Part shown: piece by piece, positions 12,207 to 24,507 of the stretch
Position numbering within the stretch: position 1 is the first letter of the stretch
How the letters are laid out: each line of letters opens with the position of its first letter
The notes under the pieces: generated by a model
Databases searched by the model: none
What the model was told of the DNA's origin: nothing
The model's input: only the letters and a program-made list of their open reading frames with translations
Program-made: the position numbers and the translations under genes
Assembly (NCBI RefSeq): GCF_001194135.2
Contig: NC_068993.1
Coordinates: 30,715,417 to 30,755,169, forward strand
Length of the DNA stretch: 39,753 nucleotides
Direction: 5' to 3'
Source of the DNA: Octopus bimaculoides
Taxonomy: Eukaryota

Positions 12207-13485
12207 AATATATAAATACATATATATGTATACATGTGTATATATGTATACATATATGCATATATATGTACATACACACACACACACACACACACGTGGG
12301 TGTGTGTATTTGGATATAATCGTATTTATATACGTAATTCATGCACGTGATCGTATATATGCCCAGTAATCATCTTCATATTTCAACGTATTAACCACCA
12401 TTTAAAGAAAACTCTCCACATATTTGAACCAGGTGTAAAATATAAAATACATAATTTGTAAATGCAAATAGTTTGGCACATTAGAATGTTCATTGCGAAA
12501 TTTGGTTCGTTCGATATTTTAAGAACAAAGAAGCAAGAAATGTAATCATCAAACATATTTTGAAGAACCACATTATTGATTATGTTTATGTTGCGGTGTA
12601 ATGGTTAGCGTTGAATTATTGCAAGAATTCCTAGTTTCAGGGGAATATATATGATTATGTGTCTGTGAACTAACGATTGACGTAATTAATAAGATATAGA
12701 TTTCTATGAGATTATAAAACAGAAAGACGAGAAAATGAAAAAAAAAACACAAAAAATATTAGAAAAAAGTGTTTTACTTTAATTCAAAACATAAATTAAA
12801 TTAATAAGATGTGGATAGAAAGAAATATCGATCTTTTCGGGCGAGATTTTCGAATTAAAGGAAACTTGATAGAAACATGACAATTATATCTTGACTTCCC
12901 GCTGGCATAGGAATTAAATAAACATTTTCTTCTGTTTGCTGTCAGCTTTTTTAATTTAATTTTTTATCAGAAAAAAATTACCTTATTTACTCCTATAAAC
13001 GTCAAATCATCATTCTTTTCACAAAATTCTAGCAATTAAATTGTGATTACGTAAATAAACAATTTTGTTTTTCTAGAAAACTTTCTCTAAATAAAAAATA
13101 GACTGCAAAACAGTCGCACACATACACGCTCGCGCGCGTATAAACACGCGCATAAATGCACACACAAACATATCACTACCTGTTTTTTAGTATAGTTACA
13201 TATAAAAACAAACATTAGAGCGAAAAATCAGTCAATGCATTTCTCTAAAGTATTATCTTTTATTTTCGCAGCGAAAAGGTTGACAGCTACTTTGAACTTT
13301 TGCCTTAGTGCCCTTCATTAGACACACATAAAATTTATATTGGAGCTGATCAGTTGGTCACAGAACCAACCGAGATACACAATTTACACTCCAGTGATAT
13401 GCAGTATTTTTTCTCTTGTACGTTATAAAACCAATGTGTCCGGTGCATGAGTATGTGAAAATACATGTGTATACACATACACAAA

Positions 13486-13524
<39 letters not shown>

Positions 13525-13604
13525 ATATCTATCATCGGTTGTAAAGAAATGGTCGGAGTCCAAACATACATACACACACACGCACACTAATATACACATA
13601 TGAA

Positions 13605-13671
13605 CGACAGTGTTCTTTCAGTTTCCGTGTACGAAATCCACTCACAAGGCTTTGGTGGGCCAGAGGCTATA
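13605..13671 (-). mobile_element. SINE family A fragment
   Basis: TTCTTTCAGTTTCCGTGTACGAAATCCACTCACAAGGCTTTGGTGGGCCAGAGGCTATA, homologous to 2300-2420. Confidence 0.7.
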
Positions 13672-13879
13672 ATGTATATATATAAGAAAGGTAAGTGGTG
13701 GGGGTTGACGTGCAGGAGTACTTGTAAACATTAACCGATTTGGCTGGTATTTCTAGCACGTCTTGCTACCACTGAACTGGTATTTGCGAATAGCTGTTAC
13801 GTGTTAGCAGCGCGTGCTGCACTAACCCTTACCAGCGTGCGCAGTAAAAGATCTGATTAAAAACAATCAAGAATTTGCA

Positions 13880-14362
13880 AACGTTATTGTCGGGCCCCTC
13901 GTCTCATTAATAGTATCTGATACAAGTTGTATCGTCCGACATGTTTGTTTATATTCGCGAGTGCCCGTTTTCCGTGTTTTATTTTTTAGTATAAAATATT
14001 TAAAAATAGACCACTCTTCGTAATTTTTTGCATACTTCATTTATTTTGGATATATTTCTAATTTTCATAATTTTTTTAATAGTAATTAGGCGTCATTTTC
14101 CTGGAGAGGTGCGTTTCTAAAGAAGCGCCGAAAATTGTACGCGTACCGTTGCATACACGTGGTGGGTTGAAATCCTAGGTGAATTGAGAGTAGTCTATTT
14201 ATGTTGGCGGCGCGGAATTTCGAGGAAAAAAGTTATAAGGAAACGCGTCCTAAGTCACAAAGGTCACACATGTCATATTTGGTGATATTTGGTTGAACAT
14301 TGTAGGAGTAGAAGTGATTCACACAACACATAGACAGACATCTTGCCTTTTAATATATACGA
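13880..14362. mobile_element. Possible non-autonomous Helitron/Helentron-type repeat
   Basis: The end ...CATATTTGGTGATATTTGGTTGAAC...ACATAGACAGACATCTTGCCTTTTAATATATAC resembles HINE/DINE-like 3' ends. Impression only. Confidence 0.25.
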
Positions 14363-14507
14363 TTATACAAATAAAGAGTACACTAATTCTAGAGTAGATA
14401 ACCAAAGCAAAAATCTCGAAACAAATTACAAACTACATTACACCGAACAGTAAGTTAGCACTAATGATATATTGCAATAATAATTAAAGAAATGTCTTAT
14501 AAACTGT

Positions 14508-16205
14508 TGTAGTGGAAATGGTACGACCCTACCACGGGACAAGTGGTATGAGATTACAACAATAGAACAACATACTACTAAACTATGACTACGCAATAGA
14601 ATATTTACCTTTGAAAAAGTTAGGACATACTGACGGCCTGTCCAGGTTAATACCCCAAAAAGGCAAACCATTCGACGGTACATTATTATCAGATTTAAGA
14701 GCCGAAGGTGAAATTAAAAACATAATGTGGAACATTGTACAAGAGTTACTGATAACCCTGGAAGATATAAAGCAGAATGCGTCAAATGATAAGTTAATAA
14801 ATAAAAAAAAAAGAACACTGTGGTCAACAAAAGAAAACAAAAAACGGTTCGGTACGAAAAAACACGAAGACATATATTCAACATGCGACGGCCTACTAAT
14901 ATATGCCCAAAGGGTAGTGGATACAAGAGACACTACCAAAACGAATGTTGGAAGAATTTCCCCAACGATGAAAGCGTTAATGTGCAGTTATGCATATTGA
15001 CCGTAGATGTCCAAGGAAATTGAAAACTTAGTAAAAGTCTGCAGAGGATGCGCTCTGGCAGCGAAATTGCCTACTAAAAAATGGGAGACTTGGTCAGAAG
15101 TAAAAATCCCATGGTCAAGATTACACATCAATTTCGCGGGTCTGTTAAATGGTATTACTTAGTAGTATCTGACAGTTTTACAAAATGGTCTGAAACGGTT
15201 AAGTGCAAAAGACCAACCTCCTCAACTGTAATAAAATTTTTTCATGAATTATTCGCAAGATTTTGCTTCCAAGACGTGATTGTGTCTGATAATGGAACAC
15301 GATTTGTGTCCCGTGAGTTTAGAAAGTTCTGTGAAATGTTCACGGTAGAACATATAGTAATAGCGCCTTACCATTCCAGATCAAATGGACAGGAGGAAAC
15401 TTTTGTTGGTATCTTTAAAAGAGCTTCAAGAAAATCAAACAAGGAAGTCACAGACGAAGTCGCTTTTCAACAATTTTTAAGAGGTGACACCGAACCCGAA
15501 TACACCAGCAAGAAGCTCATCAGCAGAACTGATGTTCACGAGGAAGGTGAAATCAGTTTTTGATAAATTGCTACCTGGCAAGGAAAGAAACAGTGCTAGG
15601 AAGGACATATCAAAATCTTTCAAAATTGGTGATGAGGTGTACATGAGGTCGTATAAAAACAGAAAACAGTACTGAGAAGAATGCAAAATTGCAAAGTACA
15701 TAGAAAAAATGATATATGCAATGAAAAGCAATAAAGGTATTGAAAAATGACACAGAACCCAATTAAAGAAGAGATTCATAGAAACTTAACCAGACAGATT
15801 GGAAGTAACTATGGAATGGATGTATGCCACATTCCAGGTACCAATGCTGTTACAGATGGTTGAACCCACGCGTACAAGTGGAAGAAAAAGGAAGAACACA
15901 GCATTCCAAAAGATAGACGCCAAAAAGAAAAAAAATATTAAGTTGTAGAAAAAAAATAACAATCAAGGGAAACAAAAAAAGCTAAAAGGGGAGATGTAGG
16001 GGAAATGGTACACCCCTCCCACGGGACAAGTAGTATGAATCAGCCGTTATAAAGTGAGATGACGTCACCCAGTACGGGGAATCCTATGTCAGTCGTTGTA
16101 GAGTTGTTGCACGAGTTCTGAGTTGGGAGTTTTAAGAGTCAGTTACGTGTTATAGTAAAGTTCGAGTTACAGTCAAGGTAGACGGTTCAAATTCAGCGAT
16201 AGCAC
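14508..16205 (+). mobile_element. Internally deleted Ty3/Gypsy LTR retrotransposon (RNase H end, integrase, PPT, 3' LTR)
   Basis: GHTDGLSRL (RNase H end), ...C..CA zinc finger, PWSRLHINFAG, IVSDNGTRF, PYHSRSNGQ.E, SSAELMF, F.IGDEVY. PPT AAAAGGGGAGA at 15984-15994, then TG at 15995. An LTR-like stub at 14508 matches 15995 for ~45 bp. Stops and frameshifts are present. Confidence 0.9.
15995..16205 (+). repeat. 3' LTR of the Gypsy element (right boundary approximate)
   Basis: Starts TGTAGGGG immediately after the polypurine tract. Homologous to TGTAGTGG...CCACGGGACAAGT at 14508. Confidence 0.75.
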
Positions 16206-16275
16206 AATAGACGAAGCAGTGTATTACCATTCTGATATAGATGAGATACACTGTATCCGATACCAAGAAAATATC

Positions 16276-16460
16276 GTGGCTACTAGAATAGATCGAACAG
16301 TTATTCGCTGGACGAAATGTTTCACACTATTTCGCCCGTCGCTACGTTCTGAGTTCAAATTCTGTCGAGGTCGACTTTGTCTTTTATCCTTTCGGAGTGA
16401 ATAAAATAAGTGAACATCCCCCTTTCCCCAAACTGCCCTTGTGGCAAAAATTTGAAATAA
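16276..16460 (+). mobile_element. SINE family B copy
   Basis: CGCTACGTTCTGAGTTCAAATTCTGTCGAGGTCGACTTTGTCTTTTATCCTTTCGGAGTGAATAAAATAAGT, homologous to 5624 and 5849. Confidence 0.7.
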
Positions 16461-17473
16461 TTATAACTGTGAAAACACCATCGTCATAACATAAACAATA
16501 AGTCCCACTGATATGTAAACTCGGAAACAAACTACCATTGACGAAAATGTGATTTCTAAATACGACAGATGAAATGAATTTTTACACGTCACATTGGCTA
16601 AATAAGTTACAGTACTGCGGCCGCATCAAGGTGTAGTAACAAGTGCCACGGAACATACTACTGTGTTTGGGGAGCATTAGTTTTTCATAAAAAACATTGC
16701 TTCATATTTAATTACAGAACGATCGTATGTAGTATCTTAAACATTCCTCTTAATAATACAAGAAATTCTTAAGCAAATATCTATATTTGTAATTGTATTA
16801 ATATATATTTACGAGTGTGTAAAGAAATGCTTATGAAACACTTTCTTATTCTCTCACCCTCTCTTATTTCATTTCCTTCAATATCATTCCTTTTTTACTT
16901 ACACATGCATGCACAAACATATATTAGAGATTTATCACGTGTAGGAAAACAAACCCTGATAATTAAGACGGTGTATATACTGTCATATGTGAGACGCGTG
17001 ACCATGTTTTTATAAAGTATATTGATGATGCATTTATCTTATCGATATGATTCTGTATTCAAATGTTTATGTATTTTAATTGCATATATATGTCGCAGAT
17101 ATGCATCAAAATATGAGGACATTTAGTTGCATGGAAACAAATGCACTGACACACACATATATGTACACGCATGCTTTTATTCTTAATAATGCAATTAGAA
17201 ATAGGTGTGTGTGTGTGTGTGTCTGTGTGTGTGTATGTGTGTTCGTGTGTATTGTGTGTGCTTCTCTGTTGTGTGTGAGTATGTGTGTTAGAAGAAATGT
17301 GTGTAAGAAAGGGCTATTTTCCAATGTAGCTACGTACAGTTTTTGTAACACTCAATGCAAGATAGGAACTACCTTATTAATATTAAGTATACATAGTTGT
17401 ATGTATATACACACATACGCACAAACACACCACATACATGTGTGTGTGCCTGTTTATATGTGAACATATGTAC

Positions 17474-17521
<48 letters not shown>

Positions 17522-17573
17522 ATATTTATATATATATATATGTATATATATATTTATATATATTTGTATTTGT

Positions 17574-17620
<47 letters not shown>
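17574..17620. repeat. (GATA)n microsatellite
   Basis: Direct reading; similar tracts lie near 13488-13531 and 20375-20404. Confidence 0.95.
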
Positions 17621-17642
17621 TGTACATATTTATGAATATGTA

Positions 17643-18504
17643 TATTTGGGAATATAAAATTCCGTTCGGGTTTTTAAGCGAAAATAAGGTGCACGATTTA
17701 CACACATAGTGAGTTATTCAATTAATGACATAATTACCATTTTGTTCCATTTTCTTCTACCATCTTATGGCCAGATCCATTGTTCCATGCATAAAGAAAT
17801 TCCCGTCTTTACTGGCGAAAAAATTTTACATTCTCTTCAGTTCTGAAGATCTGTCCATTCAATGGATTCTGTAGAAGCCGAAATCTGAAGGCTGAAGGTC
17901 GCGCGAATATGGAGAATATAGAGAATATGGCAACATTTTCCATCCAAGCGCCAATAAATTCTGCTGTAGTGTGACATTGTCCTGATGAAAGACAAAGCTC
18001 TTACAGTTAAGTACTGGGTGCATCGAGCGTGCTGACGAGACTTAGCCTATGTAGATGGTTTTCAACACACGATTAGGTTATTTTGGGAATAGCTGCAGTC
18101 ATACTGTTCGCATAACTAGTGTTGATGTTGCTGTTAGTCTCATTTGTCCGGCCAGTGTGAGGTGCATCATGAACTGAAATATTTCTCGATCGAAATCTCG
18201 AAAGCCGCTTCTGACACACACGTTCCTGTAACAACATCTTCTCTATACACAGCACACATCTTCCTCCAGGTTTCCACCACTTTCTTGCCACCTTTCAAAA
18301 TTAAAAAGCATAAGGTGTTGAAAATGTTTGTTTTCGTTCTCCATTTCCAGGATGATCCCAAGCACACAAAATTTAATGTTTCGTTGAAATTTTGTATAGA
18401 ATTACATTGAAGTGCGCGAATGAGACATAAGCTAGCTACATATTAGAGTGTTTAATGGTTAGTGCCGATAAAAACCGAACGGACTTTTGGCAGACACAGT
18501 GTAT
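17643..18504 (-). mobile_element. Internally deleted mariner element with TIRs
   Basis: TIR cores AAAATTCCGTTCGGGTTTTTA (17656-17676) and the reverse complement of 18469-18488, AAAAGTCCGTTCGGTTTTTA. N-terminal ...FQHLMLF...RFRSRNISVHDAPHTGR and C-terminal FVFHQDN...YSRDLQPSDF...QNGNYVI; the middle is missing. Confidence 0.8.
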
Positions 18505-18537
18505 CAATATATGTGTGTTTGTGTGTGTGTATGTACT

Positions 18538-18539
18538 GA

Positions 18540-18588
<49 letters not shown>

Positions 18589-18602
18589 CGAGAGAGAGAG
18601 AA

Positions 18603-18672
<70 letters not shown>
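18538..18672. repeat. (GA)n microsatellite
   Basis: Direct reading. Confidence 0.98.
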
Positions 18673-18676
<4 letters not shown>

Positions 18677-18889
18677 TACGAAAAAGTCATTTGTTGCATA
18701 TATTTCTGTGTTCGATAATTCATCGTGTCATACCATAGAAGCGTTTTTTTGAATGCGAATTACAGAAAGCATTCAATTGTAGAAAACGCGGCCTCAAATC
18801 CTATACAATTACGCAGCAGAAGAAGTTTAATATACTGAGAGCCACAATCACGAGGACGATTTTGTCACGAACTTAGCGCATCCAATTAT

Positions 18890-18975
18890 TAGAGAGTAGC
18901 CAAGCCTGGACACGGCATTGAATCGATCCCAATATTTATTTTCAAGTCTGGTAGCTATTCTAGAGGTCTCTTTTC
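18890..18975 (-). mobile_element. Highly decayed SINE core/tail fragment
   Basis: Reverse complement TACCAGACTTGAAAATAAATATTGGGATCGATT...GTGTCCAGGCTTGGC resembles the family B core and tail. Confidence 0.35.
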
Positions 18976-19129
18976 AAGAACAGCGAAGCTACAGGAATGA
19001 GACACACCTACCATCTCTCTCTCTCTCTCTCTCACGCACGCACACACGCACAAAAGCACGCACATACATACATAATACACACACACACACACACACACAT
19101 ATATATGTATATACATACATACTCATATG

Positions 19130-19161
<32 letters not shown>

Positions 19162-19629
19162 TATAATTATGTGTATTTCTTCTATCTTAATGAATAAAAA
19201 TTCTTCTGATAGAAGAAATGGGTTACTAGAAACCAATGTAGCAAAGAAAACAAAATAACTGTGGTTTAGTTCCTGTTTTTAAGGCAGGAACTCCTTGAAA
19301 TTTTGGTTATTTGAGTATATTTAAGAATTTAAGGATTGGAGAAAACGCATGTTATAATTGCATACTTTATTCCCAAAGGATTACANNNNNNNNNNNNNNN
19401 NNNNNNNNNNNNNNNNNNNNNNNNNNNNNNNNNNNNNNNNNNNNNNNNNNNNNNNNNNNNNNNNNNNNNNNNNNNNNNNNNNNNNNNNNNNNNNNNNNNN
19501 NNNNNNNNNNNNNNNNNNNNNNNNNNNNNNNNNNNNNNNNNNNNNNNNNNNNNNNNNNNNNNNNNNNNNNNNNNNNNNNNNNNNNNNNNNNNNNNNNNNN
19601 NNNNNNNNNNNATATTATATATACATATA

Positions 19630-20272
19630 TTTAAAATTATAATATAGGGTATCTAAGAGATACCGCCACGCTGAAAAATAGCAGTCAAATCTTGACTCTA
19701 AACTACAATAAATGTTCATATAGCACAAAGAGCGAAGACGAAGACAAAATAAACTAGTAAAAATAACTGGATAATTCCTGATCCCGGATTTCTGGCTTTG
19801 CATAATAAATGCTTTGCCTTCATCGGTGGAATATACTCAGAAAAGCACATAAATACAAATATATATATATAAACATACAGTATACTTACATATACGAACG
19901 TATACATACATATATATGCACGTATGTACCTACACGACCAGTTTAAATTGCCCGAAGACAAAATAAACTAGTAAAAATAACTGTATGTTTTTATATAAAG
20001 ATTGTCAAAATATAATAATACTGTATGTTTATATATATATATTTGTATTTATGTGCTTTTCTGAGTATATTCCACCGATGAAGGCAAAGCATTTATTATG
20101 CAAAGCCAGAAATCCGGGATCTGGAATTATCCAGTTATTTTTACTAGTTTATTTTGTCTTCGTCTTCGCTCTTTTGTGCTATATGAACATTTATTGTGGT
20201 TTAGAGTCAAGATTTGACTGCTATTTTTCAGCGTGGTGGTATCTCTTAGATACCCTATATTATAATTTTAAA
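19630..20272. repeat. Long inverted repeat (arms 19630-19883 and 20018-20272, 134-bp spacer)
   Basis: The arms are reverse complements with about four differences by eye. It starts ~20 bp from an assembly gap. Confidence 0.9.
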
Positions 20273-20372
20273 AATTGTTACCTTTGATGGTTTTTATTCC
20301 CATGCTGGCCACTTGATAAAATCAATATTCTAAATATCGATCTTATCCTTATTTATATAAATATATATACAT

Positions 20373-20405
<33 letters not shown>

Positions 20406-20412
20406 GAGAAAG

Positions 20413-20759
20413 ATATACTTATAAATTGAGGATATAATAACTAAAATGATTATATCAGTGGCTAGCGTATAAAAAACACCATATCGGTAAAATTAATTTT
20501 TAAGTATATAATTATAAAAATATAAATATAATTGAGGGCGCTGGAGTGCCAACGCCTATACGCTAGAAGTAGATGTCAAATGTCTACATGCCACTCTAAA
20601 TTCTAGCGTATAGGCGTTGGCACTTCAGCGCCCTTAATTATAATTATATTTTCATAATTATATGCTTTAAAAATAGTTTTACCGATATGGTCGGTTTGTT
20701 TATATGCTAGCCACTGATATAATCATTTTAATGATTATATCTTCAATTCATAAGTATAT
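20413..20759. mobile_element. Fold-back MITE-like palindrome (~155-bp arms, 32-bp spacer)
   Basis: Arms 20413-20568 and 20601-20759 are diverged reverse complements; the inner ~39 bp differ at two positions. Confidence 0.75.
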
Positions 20760-21093
20760 GTAATTTTGAGCACTCGAATCATTATATTTTGCTGCGGTAC
20801 TGTATTCACCTCGGCATAATTTCTGACATTAACCACCTGGCTATGATGGGCGATTAGATATGATGTATCCTTGGAAAATGCATGTATATATTGGTGTCTG
20901 TATTCAGAAATTCATTGGTATGTGTATGTATTTTTCTCTTATATATAGGTGGATGTATCTCTACTGGATAGAGTGAAGTAATTTTTATTACAGAACACGA
21001 AATCTTAAGCTATAGGGCTATCCGAAATTTTTGTAAATCTTTTCCCCCATTACCTCGCATTTGACCTTTTGTTGTAAAAAAATAGAGGACAAA

Positions 21094-21172
21094 TTTAGAG
21101 TGGCTTGTAGACATTTGAATTTACTTCTAGCGTATAGACATTGGCACACCAGCACCTTTAATTATAATTATA
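21094..21172 (-). repeat. Third partial copy of the fold-back centre
   Basis: TTTAGAGTGGCTTGTAGACATTTGA...CTTCTAGCGTATAG...TTGGCAC is a diverged reverse complement of ~20525-20600. Confidence 0.8.
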
Positions 21173-21216
21173 TAGTTAAAATGATATGTACACACACGCA
21201 CACCAACGCAACTATA

Positions 21217-21358
21217 CGACTGGCTTCCAAAATTTCTGTCTTCTAACTTCACGCGTAACATATTGGTCGGTCACGGGCTATAGTAGAAGACATTTTCTTT
21301 CAGTACAGCGCAAGGGGGCTGAACCGGCAACCACGCGGTTGCAAACGAAGTTTTTACA
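21217..21358 (-). mobile_element. SINE family A, decayed copy
   Basis: CGACTGGCTTCC...TTGGTCGGTCACGGGCTATAGTAGAAGACA...GGGGCTGAACCGGCAACCACGCGGTTGCAAACG. Confidence 0.65.
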
Positions 21359-21429
21359 CACTTACACACACACACAAACAGATATGCATATGTCTGTATA
21401 CATTTACATATATATCATTTTGTGTGTGC

Positions 21430-21519
<90 letters not shown>

Positions 21520-21791
21520 GCATGCATACACATTGTTGTATGTATGTCATTATTCAGTTATTTCAAGATTTCGTTCTTGCCAATAGAGAAAGAAGTGGTT
21601 TGTAACCTAGATCCATTGGAATTTCAGCATCAAGAACAGGGTATTTTTATTTCTATGCATGTATGTATGTATGTATGTATGTATGTATGTATGTATGTAT
21701 GTAGGTATGTATGTATGTATGTGCAGATTTGTATGTTTTATGTATATATTTTCATACCTATAGTTGCATATCTAGACATGCACATATATAT

Positions 21792-22860
21792 TTAGATGAT
21801 AAATTTGTGGAAAGTTTTACAGATTTTTATAGTTCCAGTGATGGATTGGATCTGTAGTCTTCAAATTAGCTTTCTCTTTTCTAGCTTTGAGAAGCCTAAT
21901 TTCTCAAGATTCGTATTTAGGCAGTGTATTACATATCCCAGGGCCTCAATAATTACAAGTATAAACTTGTAATCTGGATAGAGTAACTGCAGATTTCTCA
22001 ATAGTTCAAGATAGGTGTCCTCTTTTTCATTGATCATTAGCTTTATGTTAACATCCGCTGGGTAACTAATTTCCACAGCTGTGCACAGTTTCTCTTCTCT
22101 ATCGCACATCATAATATCAGGTCTGTTATGCTTAAATTTTATTGAGGTCTTCACTGGTATATTCCACCAGTATTCCTCTTTATTATGAGTGGTTATGGCT
22201 TCTGCCATATTGTAGGTTCTTATTTCTTTGTCCTCAGGATTATCCTTCCGACGGATTTCGTTATAGAGCGTCCTAGCTACAACGTCGTGTCTCATTGGTA
22301 GATAATACCGTGATAATATTTTCGGACAACTGCTTATGATGTGGGAAGTATCTTCAGTGTGAACTAAACAATGTCTGCATCGGTTGTCACATTTTATGGC
22401 TTTACCTGCATCTCTATCCCTTTTGTGATCATTCATGTTTTCGGTTTGTTTTTACAGAGCTGGGCAGAAGGTTAATTTTCGATTTCTTAATAAAGGTACA
22501 GTTACTAACCTTCTTTGTAGGTTCTACAAATGTTGCTTGTCGGCGTAGTTGCTTCGCAGTAAAAGGATTTAATTCTGGATGCAGATCGTCCCAATATGAT
22601 TTCAATCGTTTCATATAGCAAGCAGTGGAGTTTTGTTTGCTTTTTCGTAGCAGTTAAATAGATCATTATTCAATTCATAACTCCAAGAGAAATGAGTTTT
22701 GTTATTACGGTTTCTTCTATAACTACAGCTAGAAAGAAATTGTTTACCCGCTGAGCTGTTGCTTTCGTTTTGTTCCTCGATTTTGTTATTGTTGATGTTG
22801 TGTCCAGCCATGTTGCTTGTAGTAACTTTCTGCATGCTTAATTCAAGTTTCAGTAAAAAA
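21792..22860 (-). mobile_element. R4/Dong-like REL non-LTR retrotransposon derivative lacking RT
   Basis: N-terminal WSYELNNDLFNCYEKA.../MKRLKSYWDDLHPE...QLRRQA is joined to CRHC...SHIISSC (CCHC), RHDVVA and HNRPDIMM...VEIS.P...EKEDTY (REL nuclease). No RT motifs occur between them. Confidence 0.85.
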
Positions 22861-23029
22861 TCACTATGACCATGAATAAAATGCTCCCTCAGTTAATTTA
22901 TCTGAAGATTATCCAGTTATTTAACAAGGTTGATAGTTGTGGTTTCAAAGTTGGAGATAGTATTCATCATATTTTCGATAAATAGTCTCCCACGCCAAAT
23001 ACACGACTTGTCGATTCGAATGTTTCATG

Positions 23030-24360
23030 TATTAGGTCGTCAAGTATGAAATAATTTGTGATAAGGTATATGGTAAAATTTGACAGCTGCTCATTTTGCG
23101 CCATTATTATATTTTGACAATCTTTATTTTTGTTAGAAAGCTGACACATCTATTTCTTTATTCTAACTCATTTTGCTCTTTATAACTTATTTATAAATCG
23201 TGTTTTGCAATTTTTGTTTAGAGATGGATAAGTTGGGAATTCGTACAGTTTTGAAATATGAATTCCTTCTTGGAAATACAGCATCACAGACAACTCGCAA
23301 TGTTAATGGAGTATTTCATTCCAATGTTATTACACAGCAGACAGTATCAAATTGGTCTGCAACATTTTCTTTCTAGTAACTTTGACCTCACAAATGAGTA
23401 AAGCGGTCGACCAGAAACAAAGGCAGATAATGACGAACTGAAAGCCACTGTCGAGTCAGACCCATCACAAAGTGCCGCTGAATTATCGTTTTTGTTTGGT
23501 GTTAGCAAGCAAACAATATTGACTCATCTAGTTCAAATCGGTAAAGGGAAAAAGTTGGTTAAGTGGGTTCCACAGGAATTCAACGAAAATCAGAAACAGC
23601 AATGTTTGGAAGCCTGCATTATGCTACTTCCAGGTCACAAAAAAAATGAATCACTTTTTAATTGAATGAGAAATGGATGAGAAATGTTATGAGGAATGTG
23701 ATGAGAAATGGATCCAATACGACAACCATAAACGTTCAGCACAATGGTTGGACAAAGATGAGCCAGCAAAACACAGTCCCAAAAGCAAAAATCATCAAAA
23801 AAGTTGATGGTGTGTCTTAGGTGGTCTGACGCACGTGTGATACATTACTATTTCATTAAACCTGGTTCATCAATCACGGCCGACGTATTCTGCAACCAAC
23901 TGGACAAAATGATACAGAAACGTATAAAAAACAAACAAAAAAAAACAGCCTAGATTAGTCAACAGATCCACTCCTATTTTATTGCAAGACAACGTCGACC
24001 ACATATCGCAAAAATGACATTGGCGAAATTACAGAAGTTGGAGTTGGAAGTTCTCCATCATCCACCATACTCACCTGATCTTGCCCCCCCCCCCGACTAC
24101 CACTTCTTCCAGAATTTGGAAAACTTTTTCTTAGGAAAAAAAATTAATTTCGACGATGCTGTAAAACAAGGCTTCCAAGATTTTATTGACTCTAGATTGC
24201 CAGACTTTTACAGTTCCGAGCTGGACAAGCTACTGCTGGAATGGCAAAAGTGTATTGACAATATGGATGCATACTTTGATAAATAAAACTATTCCTTGTA
24301 TTTATAAAACATTAGCAAACATTTTTCTTTTCTACCGATTTCATACTTGACGATCTAATC
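23030..24360 (+). mobile_element. Full-length decayed mariner (DD34D, Hsmar1/SETMAR-like transposase)
   Basis: 22-bp TIRs at 23031-23052 (ATTAGGTCGTCAAGTATGAAAT) and 24338-24359, matching 21/22; TA at the left end. Transposase from ATG 23224 to 24286: SGRP, WVP, CDEKW, LQDN, HPPYSPDLAPPPDY. Frameshifts and stops are present. Confidence 0.95.
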
Positions 24361-24507
24361 TGTATGTATGTATGTATGAANNNNNNNNNNNNNNNNNNNN
24401 NNNNNNNNNNNNNNNNNNNNNNNNNATATATATATATATACATATATATGATTGTATTTTATATATAGATGTATATGTAATTATATATGTGTTTGAATAT
24501 CTATATA

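Noticed and set aside
12590-12660. tRNA gene at GCGGTGTAATGGTTAGCG
   Set aside because: Only an A-box-like start is present, with no cloverleaf or B box. At most it is a decayed SINE head.
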